The translations under genes and the position numbers were made by a program. Shown piece by piece: positions 1 to 9,741 of a DNA stretch of 20,529 nt. The notes below the pieces were generated by a model, which did no database searches, was not told where the DNA came from, and saw nothing but the letters and a program-made list of their open reading frames with translations. Source of the DNA: a virus (lineage: Duplodnaviria > Heunggongvirae > Uroviricota > Caudoviricetes > Demerecviridae). Each line of letters opens with the position of its first letter. Within the stretch, counting starts at the first letter, position 1. The stretch lies in the IMG/VR virus record IMGVR_UViG_2974655256_000001, positions 1 through 20,529 of that record; one strand, written 5' to 3'.

Positions 1-469
1 TACGAGGTGGCTGATACCTCACTGTTACATTTATTTCCGCTAAACCATATGGGGCCAGTAGACCCTCATCTGTAGCTACTGAGGTGATGCTCATATCAGT
101 TGCCTCACATGGGAAGGTCGATCCATTAGGTTTACTAACAGTATATTCTAAATTTCCACCTGTGTCAATGACGGTTTTTATGTCAGCTACGAGTTTTTCA
201 AGTTGCTCTTGAATATCTGTTTTCTCTTTGTCATACACGAGGATTGGAAGTTCTAAAAACATCCACTGTTGGCCTGAGGGAAGATACTGCCCAGTTTCAG
301 TTCCGATATGGACTGCCACATAAGGAAATTCTCGGATTTCCTCGAATTTATAAGTTTGACGAGAAACGTTTCCATAAAGGTTATTGAAATACTCGTCAGG
401 TTGTGAACCATCCATTTGTGTGGCGATTCGGTCAACCACTGCTTGTGCAATACTTGTTCTGTGATCCAT
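1..469 (-). CDS. p142: Tail terminator protein (T5 p142 homologue), 3' end cut by the window edge; missing from the ORF track
   Basis: Hand translation from ATG at 469 gives MDHRTSIAQAVVDRIATQMDGSQPDEYFNNLYGNVSRQTYKFEEIREFPYVAVHIG...EINVTVRYQPPR, open to the edge. It matches recalled T5 p142 and follows p143 via TAATAAATG. Confidence 0.9.
   Translation of the reverse strand, partial: MDHRTSIAQAVVDRIATQMDGSQPDEYFNNLYGNVSRQTYKFEEIREFPYVAVHIGTETGQYLPSGQQWMFLELPILVYDKEKTDIQEQLEKLVADIKTVIDTGGNLEYTVSKPNGSTFPCEATDMSITSVATDEGLLAPYGLAEINVTVRYQPPR
140..168 (-). promoter_or_regulatory. Sigma70-type late promoter inside p142 (T5 PJ5-like)
   Basis: TTGACA (168-163), 17-nt spacer CAGGTGGAAATTTAGAA, TATACT (145-140). 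Near-identical to the recalled T5 PJ5 sequence and points toward the tail-tube gene beyond the window. Confidence 0.8.
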
Positions 470-472
470 TTA

Positions 473-1240
473 TTAGGTTCCTTGATTAACCTTGATTTTA
501 TATCTAGAGTGAATCAGGTCTCTTGCAGCTTTTGCGATTGCTTCCCCAATAAGTTTTTGAGGGTTTCGAGCGCCAGGGTAAGGTCGTAGAGAAAGTCTTC
601 GATATGTAGAAACTGCGGGGTTGAACACAGAGTAAGGACGAACCATATAGTTATACGTCACATTCAGCTCTGGAGCACCTTTACTAGTTTCTGCATCACG
701 TAACATAACATCTTTAATCTTTAAGGAGTTAGCAAAGCGACCAGTTCTGAACTTCAATGGTGCCCCTGCTTTTTTCATATCCTTGATTAAATATTCCTTA
801 GCTACTATCTCAAGAATAGCACGCATGTTACTATTTGATACGAAACGACCGGAAGCACCTGTTACTGCACCTGAATAGCCATCTTCAGTATCTCTAGGAT
901 CTCCAAAGTTTACCTGAACTCTACCGGTAGAACGTTTTTTACCAACAGCAGAACGTTTACCAGCGGTTGCTTGAATTAAATTCTCTAGAGCGCCTAAATC
1001 ACCAGAAAGATCTAAGTTAGAAGAAACAGCCTTCAGTATAGATGCTGTCCTAACATTTAATAAGTCTTGTGATACTGGTTTTGAGAATTTGAAAGATACC
1101 TGTGCAACTGTGCCATCTCTTGTAGGATCCTTCAAACCAGTCTCAACTGTATATACAACAGTATTCTTATTATTCTCAGATCGTCCTGCAGTATCTAGCT
1201 GCTCTTTAATAATTTGTCTAGCTAGATCAGAAAGAGCCAT
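473..1240 (-). CDS. p143: Tail completion protein (T5 p143 homologue), 255 aa
   Basis: Size and position between p144 and p142 follow T5 synteny; the start overlaps the p144 stop (TAATG). Confidence 0.8.
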   Translation of the reverse strand: MALSDLARQIIKEQLDTAGRSENNKNTVVYTVETGLKDPTRDGTVAQVSFKFSKPVSQDLLNVRTASILKAVSSNLDLSGDLGALENLIQATAGKRSAVGKKRSTGRVQVNFGDPRDTEDGYSGAVTGASGRFVSNSNMRAILEIVAKEYLIKDMKKAGAPLKFRTGRFANSLKIKDVMLRDAETSKGAPELNVTYNYMVRPYSVFNPAVSTYRRLSLRPYPGARNPQKLIGEAIAKAARDLIHSRYKIKVNQGT

Positions 1241-1752
1241 TACACTCTCCTATAGACTTCGATGATTGTACGAATATGTTCTGGAATACCAGACTTAGTA
1301 TTGTTAAACGTAACTGTCTCACCACCAATAGTCTTGGCTTGACGATAATCTTGCTTATGCCAGTGATCTACTAACAGACATGCTGCCAGTTTAAGATCTT
1401 CAGGCATTGGATTGAAACCACCTTGAGTATACTCTACATCCATATATCCTTCAGGAGGATTAAACTTAAGGAGAATAACACCATCAGGATACAGTTTAAA
1501 CTGTTCCGGATCTATTTCATTCTCGTTAATAGTCATCTTTGTAATAGATGTGGCTGAAGGAGAACTCAGGAAATATTTCCTACGGCTAGGTTTTGTGGTG
1601 ATTAATTGATCTACCGCATCTGCATCATCCATACCTAGAAGGCTTGTAATCAGCGTATTGGCAGCTTTAATCATCATCTCAACCTGAGTTTCCATATCAG
1701 GACGTTTTAAATTCCCATATAGTTTATAATCTTCAACAGTGATGATTTGCAT
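1240..1752 (-). CDS. p144: Head completion protein (T5 p144 homologue), 170 aa
   Basis: Directly downstream of the capsid gene. The YTQGG...PEDLKLAACLLVDHW and PEHIRTIIEVYRR segments are typical of head-tail connector proteins. Confidence 0.8.
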   Translation of the reverse strand: MQIITVEDYKLYGNLKRPDMETQVEMMIKAANTLITSLLGMDDADAVDQLITTKPSRRKYFLSSPSATSITKMTINENEIDPEQFKLYPDGVILLKFNPPEGYMDVEYTQGGFNPMPEDLKLAACLLVDHWHKQDYRQAKTIGGETVTFNNTKSGIPEHIRTIIEVYRRV

Positions 1753-1766
1753 TTATTTTTCCCAAT

Positions 1767-1792
1767 AAAAAAGGAGAGCCGAAGCTCTCCTT
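1767..1792 (-). terminator. Intrinsic terminator after the major capsid gene
   Basis: Minus strand AAGGAGAGC-TTCG-GCTCTCCTT followed by a T run: a C(UUCG)G tetraloop hairpin plus U tract. Confidence 0.9.
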
Positions 1793-1811
1793 ATCGGCTG
1801 AAAAGCCTGTA

Positions 1812-3188
1812 TTAAGATGCAGCGTACGCACCAGATACAACGCCGTTTTCGAAGTAACGTTGCAGGTTAACACGCTGAGTAACGTAGTATGCGTCACGCT
1901 GTTTGCCAGCTTGGCGCTCACGTTCAACAGTAACAGCACGCTGACGCGGCATTACGAAGTTATCTTTATAAACAATAACTGCGAATTCTGCAGAAGCAGC
2001 CTTAGCTGGGAAGTACTCAGAAACTACAACTGGCAGACCGTAAATACGACCAACCTGACCCTGCAGTTTAACAGCATCGTTACCAACCTGGGCAACATCC
2101 TGCCATTCTTCATCTTCCAGCAGATCGTAGTAAGCATCCATAGATACGATCAGTACCAGTTTGCTCAGTTTCAGACCATGACGGCCCAGTTTACGACGTA
2201 GCTTGGAGATAGTCTTAGCAGTTACCAGAACAGAACCGTCAGCTTTAGCTTCGGTAACAACCTTAGCACCATCATCAGCAGCCAGTTTCAGCAGACCCTT
2301 AGGCTGACCAGTACCATTACCGGACATGAAAGCTTCTTCGATAGAAACAGCGTGTGCTTCGATCAGACGCTTACGCAGCAGAGGCAGCAGGGAGAAGATT
2401 GCATCTTCTTCAGTTTCATCAGTGATGAAGGACTTAGCAGCCAGCTTGTAAGTTTTGAAGCTAATTTCAGTCAGTTGACCTTTAACTTCGTTACCAACAG
2501 TTTCGTCAGTACCGAATTTGGAAGCATCTACCCAAGTAGCACGACCAGCTTCTGGTTCAACGAGCATAGTAAGGATTTTGCTGGACATTGGCAGTTCATC
2601 GAACAGTGCACCAACTACCAGTTCCTTCTGCAGGTCACGGATAATACGGGTAGAGAAGATAGTTTCGTATGCTTCGCTAGACATGGAAACGGAAGAAGAA
2701 CCGTTAACAGCTTTAACGTGAGCCTTACCATGTTCAGTTTCGAATACGTCCTTCTCCATCATATAAGACAGAAGAACCAGTTTCTCAACTTCATCTTCGA
2801 AAGCATCCTGAGTGCCATAAAGAGCTTTAGCTACGCTATCACCAACGAAAGAACGACCTTCACGAGCTGCCAACAGAGACTTAATTTCGTCCTGAAGACC
2901 AACGATAGTTTCCTGTTGCTTTTCTACAGTCTGTGCAAACAGTTCTGCGCTCTTCTTAGACTTCTCGTCCAGGTTCTTAACTAGATCCAGAGCTTCTTCC
3001 AGACGCTTACGGTCTTCACCAACAGCTTTAGATACTAGGTCGTTCATACGAGCCATTTCTTTTTCTTCCTGCTCTTCACGCAGACGCTTAGCTTCCGCAG
3101 CTTTCTGAGCAGCAGTCAGACCTTCCAGAGATTTAGCCAGATCACCCAGACCAAGTTCTTCCTTCAGCTTATTAATATCAATAGTCAT
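1812..3188 (-). CDS. pb8: Major capsid protein precursor, HK97 fold, with N-terminal coiled-coil scaffold domain, 458 aa
   Basis: Same length as T5 pb8. A charged helical N-terminus is followed by K159/A160 (HVK-AVN), the T5 maturation site. The segments YETIFS.RIIRDLQKELVVGALF and QGQVGRIYGLPVVVSEYFP match recalled T5 pb8. Confidence 0.95.
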   Translation of the reverse strand: MTIDINKLKEELGLGDLAKSLEGLTAAQKAAEAKRLREEQEEKEMARMNDLVSKAVGEDRKRLEEALDLVKNLDEKSKKSAELFAQTVEKQQETIVGLQDEIKSLLAAREGRSFVGDSVAKALYGTQDAFEDEVEKLVLLSYMMEKDVFETEHGKAHVKAVNGSSSVSMSSEAYETIFSTRIIRDLQKELVVGALFDELPMSSKILTMLVEPEAGRATWVDASKFGTDETVGNEVKGQLTEISFKTYKLAAKSFITDETEEDAIFSLLPLLRKRLIEAHAVSIEEAFMSGNGTGQPKGLLKLAADDGAKVVTEAKADGSVLVTAKTISKLRRKLGRHGLKLSKLVLIVSMDAYYDLLEDEEWQDVAQVGNDAVKLQGQVGRIYGLPVVVSEYFPAKAASAEFAVIVYKDNFVMPRQRAVTVERERQAGKQRDAYYVTQRVNLQRYFENGVVSGAYAAS

Positions 3189-3205
3189 TTTTAAATAATT
3201 CTCCG

Positions 3206-3838
3206 TTATTCTTTAACGTAGCCTAAAGCTATCGCAAGTTTTTCTAGTTCAGAAAGATTACGTTCTTGAGCTGGGACAGCCTTAGAACTTGTTGCAGTAA
3301 AAGATTTGCGCCATTCAGTGTAATCGTGACCATTCATACTCTTAGCGAGGTTGAACGTTGAATCCTGATTACAAGGTACAGAAACTACCGAAACTTCGTA
3401 TAGTTCTAAATCTTTAATAATAAATATGTCAGTAGCTTCATCCCATTCTGCGTCTAGGCAGCGGAATCCGATACTGAAGGTTTTCAGTACACCGTTTTTA
3501 ATTAGTGAGAAGATAGCTGGATCAGAACTTTCATAGATCTCGCATTCAATTTCGAGACCCATTTCAGTAGGATTAAGATCAATACACTTGCCGATTGGAC
3601 GACGATGGTCGTGGCCGAAAAGAATAATCGGGTTTTTCATGTAGTTAGCAAGTGCATTAGACGTTTTCCATGCCGAAGCAGGAATTACGTCACCAGCGCG
3701 ATCTTTACTAATTGTATTAGCGAATCCACGGATTTTTACAACACCCTCTTTGGATTCGCTATCAATAGACTTAATGTAAGCGTCTAAATGAACCGGTGCT
3801 GATTTTAACTTGTTATAGTCAATAGCAGCATTTGTCAT
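3206..3838 (-). CDS. pb11: Prohead (maturation) serine protease, 210 aa
   Basis: HK97-type protease motifs ILFGH76D, KTFS122IGF and LYEVSVVSVPCN; located between the decoration and capsid genes. Confidence 0.93.
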   Translation of the reverse strand: MTNAAIDYNKLKSAPVHLDAYIKSIDSESKEGVVKIRGFANTISKDRAGDVIPASAWKTSNALANYMKNPIILFGHDHRRPIGKCIDLNPTEMGLEIECEIYESSDPAIFSLIKNGVLKTFSIGFRCLDAEWDEATDIFIIKDLELYEVSVVSVPCNQDSTFNLAKSMNGHDYTEWRKSFTATSSKAVPAQERNLSELEKLAIALGYVKE

Positions 3839-3841
3839 TTA

Positions 3842-4324
3842 TTAAGCCTCCGGCGCAGGATTGATAGTTGTTACGCACTCGTTAGAAGTAATAGAAGTAG
3901 ATTTACTATCCGTTACAACAACTTTGTAAGTACCAGCATCTTCTGCAGCAGCTGTAGCTTTGTTGAAATTAGGGCCAGTAACACCACTTAGTGGAGAACC
4001 GTCTTTAGTCCAAGCATAAGTATATGGTGCAGTACCACCAGTAACTGTTACGCCCAGATTAATTACTGCACCAGTATCAACAGCTAGAGTTTTAGCCAGA
4101 TTCTTTGTGAAAGCTAGAGCCGGAACAACCGGAGCAGTAACTTCGTATGCTTCTTTGAACTTATTCCAAACCTTTCGGTTGGTATGTGCAGTGGTCATTC
4201 CAAACTCTTTACGTAGAGTAGCGTAGTTTGGAACGAACTTGTGTGCTGCAACCGTAGCAAAGAAGATATGAGATTCTGGCAGCTTTTCACCAAAAATGGC
4301 CTTTAGACCATCATAATCAATCAT
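3842..4324 (-). CDS. pb10: Capsid decoration protein with C-terminal Ig-like domain, 160 aa
   Basis: The C-terminal half has an Ig pattern (GGTAPYTYAWTKDG...EDAGTYKVVVTD); T5 synteny; ATGA overlap with the portal stop. Confidence 0.88.
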   Translation of the reverse strand: MIDYDGLKAIFGEKLPESHIFFATVAAHKFVPNYATLRKEFGMTTAHTNRKVWNKFKEAYEVTAPVVPALAFTKNLAKTLAVDTGAVINLGVTVTGGTAPYTYAWTKDGSPLSGVTGPNFNKATAAAEDAGTYKVVVTDSKSTSITSNECVTTINPAPEA

Positions 4325-5538
4325 TCTTTATCCCCATCGGCAGTGCCTTGCGGTCTACCACCTTCTTGACCAGATACACCTGTTGCAGAACCAGCAACGT
4401 TAGCAGGAATACGAATCTTATTCATCTGCTCATCATCTAAAGGTTCAAGGTTAAGCTCTTCACGAGCTTCGTTACCAGTCATGATACCGTTATTAACCAA
4501 AGAGGTTAAATGTTTAGCCTCAGCTTCTTTATCTGGCGTCAGTGCAGCTACTTCCTTAGTATTAGGAGTAACCTTGTAGCCAAAGAAGAAAGCAAGAGAA
4601 CTAGTCAGCTTGTTCAGCATAGGAATGATAGTCATGTAATAGAACAATTCGATGTTTGGTCGAATGTTAGCATTATTACCACCATCAAGTAGCACTTGCG
4701 GAACACCAAAGGCAAGACAGATGGATTTATTAAATCCTTCGATATCTTCCTTGAAGTCTAGATCTTTAAAAGAGGATATTTGGGAGTACGGTTTTGCTTT
4801 CATACCACCATCTAGAATCAGGACAGTAGACTGACCCGTACTAGGATTATAATCGAGTTGTAATTCTTCTTGTTTACGCTCACGCAATTTCTTGTTCAGG
4901 ATTTCATCCGTCTCAAGAATAAGACCAATCACTGTGCCGTTATCGAGGAACTTCTCTTTAAAGTTAAGCATCTTAGAACGCTTCTCAAGAGAGTCAATAA
5001 CTGTAGCAACACGAGATTGTCCAGAAATTTGGGAGTTTGTGCCACACACGTAACTGTTATCCTTTATAAAGATAATCTCATCTACGCGATAGTCTATCTG
5101 GTTATTAAATATGAATTTTTTGATAAACTTATTGGCATCTGCCTCTACTTGCATTAGTGCAGCAGGGACATGATAAAGTGCTGTGCCATCCCAATAGATG
5201 TATGCACAACCCTCAAAAAGTAGGTCAGTGACTACAAGTCTACGGAATGTGCTTATATCCATGAATGGATTAGGTCGTACATTTAAGAGAGTGTCTAGAG
5301 TCTTTGCCTTGACGCCATTAGCGTACGTGACAATATTATATTTATCTCCGACAGTATAAGAACACTCCGCCGCACTATCGATAACCATGTTAGCAGTTCG
5401 GTTGAGAATCTCAATCTTACTGTAGGCTTGTCCAGTGGTAAATGGCTTACGGTTAGTGCGATGACTAACGGGTTCCATGTCTCTTATAATACGTTGACCC
5501 GGATTTAGCTTTTCAGTAATCCAGCTTTTTAAACCCAT
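4321..5538 (-). CDS. pb7: Portal protein, 405 aa
   Basis: HK97-like portal features (LLNVRPNPFM, LLFEGCAY, ICLAFGVPQVLL, GIMTGNEAREELNLEP); size and synteny as in T5. Confidence 0.93.
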   Translation of the reverse strand: MGLKSWITEKLNPGQRIIRDMEPVSHRTNRKPFTTGQAYSKIEILNRTANMVIDSAAECSYTVGDKYNIVTYANGVKAKTLDTLLNVRPNPFMDISTFRRLVVTDLLFEGCAYIYWDGTALYHVPAALMQVEADANKFIKKFIFNNQIDYRVDEIIFIKDNSYVCGTNSQISGQSRVATVIDSLEKRSKMLNFKEKFLDNGTVIGLILETDEILNKKLRERKQEELQLDYNPSTGQSTVLILDGGMKAKPYSQISSFKDLDFKEDIEGFNKSICLAFGVPQVLLDGGNNANIRPNIELFYYMTIIPMLNKLTSSLAFFFGYKVTPNTKEVAALTPDKEAEAKHLTSLVNNGIMTGNEAREELNLEPLDDEQMNKIRIPANVAGSATGVSGQEGGRPQGTADGDKE

Positions 5539-5975
5539 TATAAGAACCTTGCGAATCCTGATTTAGTTTCAGTCTTGACTTGTGTCTTTTCTTGAGGATT
5601 CTGTAGCTTTTCCTTTTGTTTAAGAACCCATGCCTTCTGCTTATTAGCAGAGAAAAGGGGAGGTTCTTTAGTGTACACCTTATGTAATAGTTGGTGATGG
5701 TGGACACAAAGGGTAACAGTGTCATCTACTAGCTCATGCCTATATCTTTCATAGAATGCCGTCCTATTTGAGAGGACTGTTTCTTCGTCAGTGAAATCCA
5801 ATTGGAGTTCTTTAGCAAATTTTTTAACTAGTAGAGACACTGTATGGTAATGATGAAGCTCTAATTCTTCACCACAACCACAGATTTCGCAGCGATCGGC
5901 TTTTTTATATTGACTTTTTATACCGTCTCGCATGAGTGATATAGCATCACGTTTATATTTTACATTTCCTGCCAC
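5538..5975 (-). CDS. Zn-binding HNH nicking endonuclease beside the terminase, 145 aa from a GTG start
   Basis: CEICGC, LELHH and VTLCVHHHQLLH motifs. The SD GAGGAGA (5987-5981) lies 5 nt before an in-frame GTG at 5975. The longer start at 6062 would lie upstream of the promoter at 6002-6030. T5 annotates this locus as a nicking (sci) gene, from memory. Confidence 0.8.
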   Translation of the reverse strand: MAGNVKYKRDAISLMRDGIKSQYKKADRCEICGCGEELELHHYHTVSLLVKKFAKELQLDFTDEETVLSNRTAFYERYRHELVDDTVTLCVHHHQLLHKVYTKEPPLFSANKQKAWVLKQKEKLQNPQEKTQVKTETKSGFARFL

Positions 5976-6001
5976 AGTATTCTCCTCAACTGTATGAATA
6001 T

Positions 6002-6030
6002 AGTATACATAATCATGTCGAATTTGTAAA
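6002..6030 (-). promoter_or_regulatory. Late-type sigma70 promoter for the HNH-portal-capsid operon
   Basis: TTTACA (6030-6025), 17-nt spacer, TATACT (6007-6002), in the terL-HNH gap. Confidence 0.75.
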
Positions 6031-6050
6031 GGGGATTTTAAAATGCAGGA

Positions 6051-6078
6051 ATGGGATACCAACTGAGTAGTATCCCAT
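6051..6078 (-). other. Hairpin just after the terL stop (possible weak terminator or mRNA 3' stabiliser)
   Basis: ATGGGATAC / GTATCCCAT 9-bp stem with a 10-nt loop; no adjacent clean U tract. Confidence 0.5.
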
Positions 6079-6089
6079 CCTATACTTAT

Positions 6090-7406
6090 TTATTTCCCAC
6101 GGGAAATTGAGTAAATTCCATAACGCAGTGCGTCACAAAGGTGAGAGTTTGCATCATGACGTGGTTTTTCACGTGATAATTTCTCTTCGCCTTCCTGGAA
6201 GTCCCACTTGTAGTTCGCTAGGGCGTGGATCAATGAGGTACATGAAGCATCTACGATGATCTTACCTTGCTGGAACAGTGCTTGCAGGCATGCCAAACCA
6301 TCTAGGACAGATTTCTTAGCAGGAGCAGAAGCGATTTCATGTTCATATGCTAAGTCCTGACGGAACTGAGCAGCAGCGGAGTCTACAAATATACGATCAA
6401 CATTATAACGATCTATGCAGTGTTGGATATAAGCAGCATGTTGGGCTGTAGTCTTTTCAGCCTGCTGATACTCTTCCAGTACGTAATAAACATCAGTATC
6501 GTAGTGATACTTAATTGTAAGAACTGCTGTAGGATCACGGTAACCAACGTCAATGCCAAGCAATGTTTCGAATGCTTCATCATCTTTAAAGAAGTGACGC
6601 ATACCTTTGAGATCTTTAACATGGTCGATGGCATTAAAGGTATCGAAGATCTGACCTTCGAATACAGAGAAGTCAGCCTCATATTCCTGGCGGAAGTAGT
6701 TTTTACTAACTGTACGACGTGCTTCCTCAATGTCATTCAGGTCAGCACGAGGGTTATCACGATATGTACCATGAATAGATACCCAGTTAGGCAACGTATC
6801 ATCAAATCCGTAGGCGTAAAATTCTTTAAACCAGTTACCTCCACGAGGAGTAGAGATAAATAGAGCCTTAGAATTAGGTTTATCTAGGGTAGGACGCAAC
6901 TGAACTCTAAAGGCATCACCACCTACATCAGAAATTGCAGCCTCATCAAAGATGATAAAATCATATGAACGTCCAACTGCGGAGTCGGCCTGAGCCGCGG
7001 AAGCTAGTTTAAATAGAGAACCATTAGCTAACTCAATCTCTTTATCTTTAGCGTTCTCACGTTCGGTTTGTAGGCCATATTTTTTAATAAGACCACGAAT
7101 CTGAGACCATCCAATGTTGGCCAGTGAGTAGTTAGGGGCAACTACTAGCACCTTCACATTAGGTTCCAGCAATTTTAGGAACCCAAGTGTATATGCTATA
7201 AAGGACTTGCCTACACGGCGTGACACACACGCCGTTACAAAACGATGTCTAGGATCCTCTAAAGCATTGATGATTGCTATTTGAGGACCATTAGGTGTAA
7301 TACCTTCTTGTGCTAGTATTCCCGAAACAGGTAGGCGAAAGAAACGTTTGTCTATTCCGAAATCAATAACATCTACTGTGTTAACGTAGGGTCTTGATAC
7401 TTCCAT
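6090..7406 (-). CDS. terL: Terminase large subunit, 438 aa
   Basis: Walker A SRRVGKS, Walker B FIIFDEAA, motif III FISTPRG, RNase H-like GIDVG and C-terminal HLCDALRY. Confidence 0.96.
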   Translation of the reverse strand: MEVSRPYVNTVDVIDFGIDKRFFRLPVSGILAQEGITPNGPQIAIINALEDPRHRFVTACVSRRVGKSFIAYTLGFLKLLEPNVKVLVVAPNYSLANIGWSQIRGLIKKYGLQTERENAKDKEIELANGSLFKLASAAQADSAVGRSYDFIIFDEAAISDVGGDAFRVQLRPTLDKPNSKALFISTPRGGNWFKEFYAYGFDDTLPNWVSIHGTYRDNPRADLNDIEEARRTVSKNYFRQEYEADFSVFEGQIFDTFNAIDHVKDLKGMRHFFKDDEAFETLLGIDVGYRDPTAVLTIKYHYDTDVYYVLEEYQQAEKTTAQHAAYIQHCIDRYNVDRIFVDSAAAQFRQDLAYEHEIASAPAKKSVLDGLACLQALFQQGKIIVDASCTSLIHALANYKWDFQEGEEKLSREKPRHDANSHLCDALRYGIYSISRGK

Positions 7407-7888
7407 TACTTCTTACCTCCAGTAGCTAGGGAAGTAATTAAGTCCATGTAGTTTTGATCCCCAGCTCCAGCAATAATATTATTCTGGATGTTGGTCTGGT
7501 TAGCTGGAGTACGGGCTGCTGCCTTCACTTTCTCCAATTCTACCATCATTTTCATCTCTTCCATCTTCATTTTATGTGCCTTCCAGAGAATATCCATAAT
7601 ATCCTGGTCAGAACCCATACCGGTCTCTTCTAGTTCCTCTAGTTTACGCTTGATAACTTCATCCAGAACACCAAATAAACGATCTCTGTTACGGAATCCA
7701 CTTTCCATAAAAATATCATTTAAGTAGTTCTTAACTTCACTACGATTCATAATATCTCGGAAAGCAATTTCGGACATTCCAAGACTACGTGCGGCAGAAG
7801 GCACATCACTCCCACACTGTAAATAAGCTTCAATCACATCCATCCCTTCAGGGGACATAAGATCTGGTACTAATACATCATTTGCCAT
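7406..7888 (-). CDS. terS: Terminase small subunit, 160 aa
   Basis: N-terminal HTH-like segment ([12 protein letters not shown]), central helices, and TAATG coupling to terL. Confidence 0.8.
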
Positions 7889-7898
7889 ATTTCCTCCT

Positions 7899-9656
7899 TT
7901 AGGTAAGGCGTTGAACTGTTACTCTTAATCTAGGTAGAAAAACTGCACTATCTAAACTTACGTGCATAACTACCCCTAACTCTACATTTCCGTTCCCCAG
8001 ATTTTTAGCAGTGTATATAAAACTATTTCTACTTAGGGCATTGTTAGGTGTGTATCTAAAAGCAGATGTAGTATGAAAAGGTACTAAATATCCTACTGGT
8101 AGTGTTAAAATCTGGTGGAATATCGCGTCTCCACTACTATAACTATATGCTCTTCTTCCTTGCACTTGAAACACACCGTTATTCCATGTATTAGCAGGAA
8201 CACCTGCACAGTTAAGATTACCTGATATAACTTCAGTGGTAAGAATTACTGTAGCATTGCCACCCGGTATACCTAGCCCAATAGTTGATAAACCAACGTA
8301 TCTATCTCCTGTTCCCGGGTAGCTAGGAGTAATATCATCTCCCATATAAGAACTACCTACATTTCCACCAAAAAGTCGTAATGGAACTGCTGAAGGCCCC
8401 CAAACAACCCCGTGTTCATTACCGATAGTATTATCATTAGAGTTTACGTACCATTGCTTACCAGCTCCGAATTTGTAAATACTAATTTGAGACTTAGCCC
8501 CTCCATAGTCTACAGGAGACCATAAACTCCCGTTACTAGAACCTACAAGTTCACACCTTGCAGTGGTATCTCCAAAGGCCCCAGTGTACGCTGCATTATT
8601 TCCAACATATTCCATATCTGGTCTATAACCTAAGTTACCAAAAGCGTTCTGGTTAATAAACTTGTATCCAGTATTGGGAAGACTAACCCCTTTAATTATG
8701 AAATTAGAAGGAGATATAAGAATATCTGAACCAGTAAAAGGATTACCAGAGATACTCATACCACCATTTGAGTATCTTAAATTCAGAACATACCAAATAA
8801 CTTTAGTAGGGGTTATGTTATACCAATCCTGTAATATTGTAGCGTTACCAGATTGGTTAGCTAAATTAGTTGTAGACCCCCTACAAACAAATCTGTTACC
8901 TCCATCATGATACATAGTATTTACATTACCTGGGAGCCCTTGTCTAACTCCACCATATCCACGTATATTAGAATTGCAGACATAAAACCAATCATGCCCT
9001 CTATGCGCTGCTCCTAGAGGCGACATCCATCCGGGATCCCAATAGTACGGGTTATTCCCATCTACAGGTACTGTGCTACTATTAGTAGGGAATCCTAACT
9101 GTGCAAAAGCTTCTGCAACAGTAATACCTACTGGAGCTCCTGCACCCGGCCTAACTATACCATGATACGTACTATGTAAGGTAGTACCCCCTGTACCATT
9201 TCTAGAGATAGATTCTTCATGTCCTATAGATGGGTTATAGTTATATGTTCCAGATGCCAGGCTATTACCAAATGCAAATCCACTAGTTTGGGAAACGCTA
9301 GCAAAAGATCTAAAGGGGTCTGCTTGAGTAGCAACTATAGTTTGACCTACCTTACTCTGAGTACCATTAAGAAAAGCCCTATGAGTACCATTAATCTCAA
9401 TAGCAGTTAGTATAACTCTACCTGGGTCATTAGATTTAATATTTATTATGTCAGAGGGCATCTGACATACAAAAAACCCATTTCCAGCATCACCTAACCC
9501 AGACTCATAAGTACCATCAACTAGGACAAATGGCATATCACTATGAAAAATACTATTGGTATTTGGACTATAGTGACGATTAATGTCACCACCAGATTCA
9601 GTATTTAAAGATAGTACGGTCTTACCATCGCTATATTTTCCAGCGAAAAAACCCAT
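7899..9656 (-). CDS. pb5: Receptor-binding protein, pb5 family, 585 aa (probably not the FhuA type)
   Basis: MGFFAGK...IFHSDM N-terminus, [12 protein letters not shown] core and VQRLT C-terminus align with recalled T5 pb5, while the middle is divergent. Divergent from llp as in all T5-likes. Confidence 0.9.
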
Positions 9657-9681
9657 ATAATCTCCTATTATAAAAATGTAT

Positions 9682-9710
9682 TTGCTTTCATCTCTCTATT
9701 TTGCTATAAT
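9682..9710 (+). promoter_or_regulatory. Strong early sigma70 promoter for llp (T5 PN25-like)
   Basis: A/T UP element, TTGCTT (9682-9687), 17-nt spacer, TATAAT (9705-9710), then AGATTCATAAATT as in the recalled PN25. Confidence 0.85.
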
Positions 9711-9741
9711 AGATTCATAAATTAGAAATGGAGAGATAAAT

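Noticed and set aside
253-450. 65-aa minus-strand ORF in the track
   Set aside because: Out-of-frame overlap within p142, which is the real gene.
1201-1210. GCTCTTTAAT boxA-like word
   Set aside because: Antisense within p143; used only as evidence of the chance rate.
1860-2984. Plus-strand ORFs of 113, 210 and 67 aa opposite the capsid gene
   Set aside because: Antisense shadows of a strongly codon-biased gene; no SD or motifs.
5976-6062. 29-aa N-terminal extension of the HNH ORF
   Set aside because: It spans the promoter and the hairpin; the SD supports the GTG at 5975.
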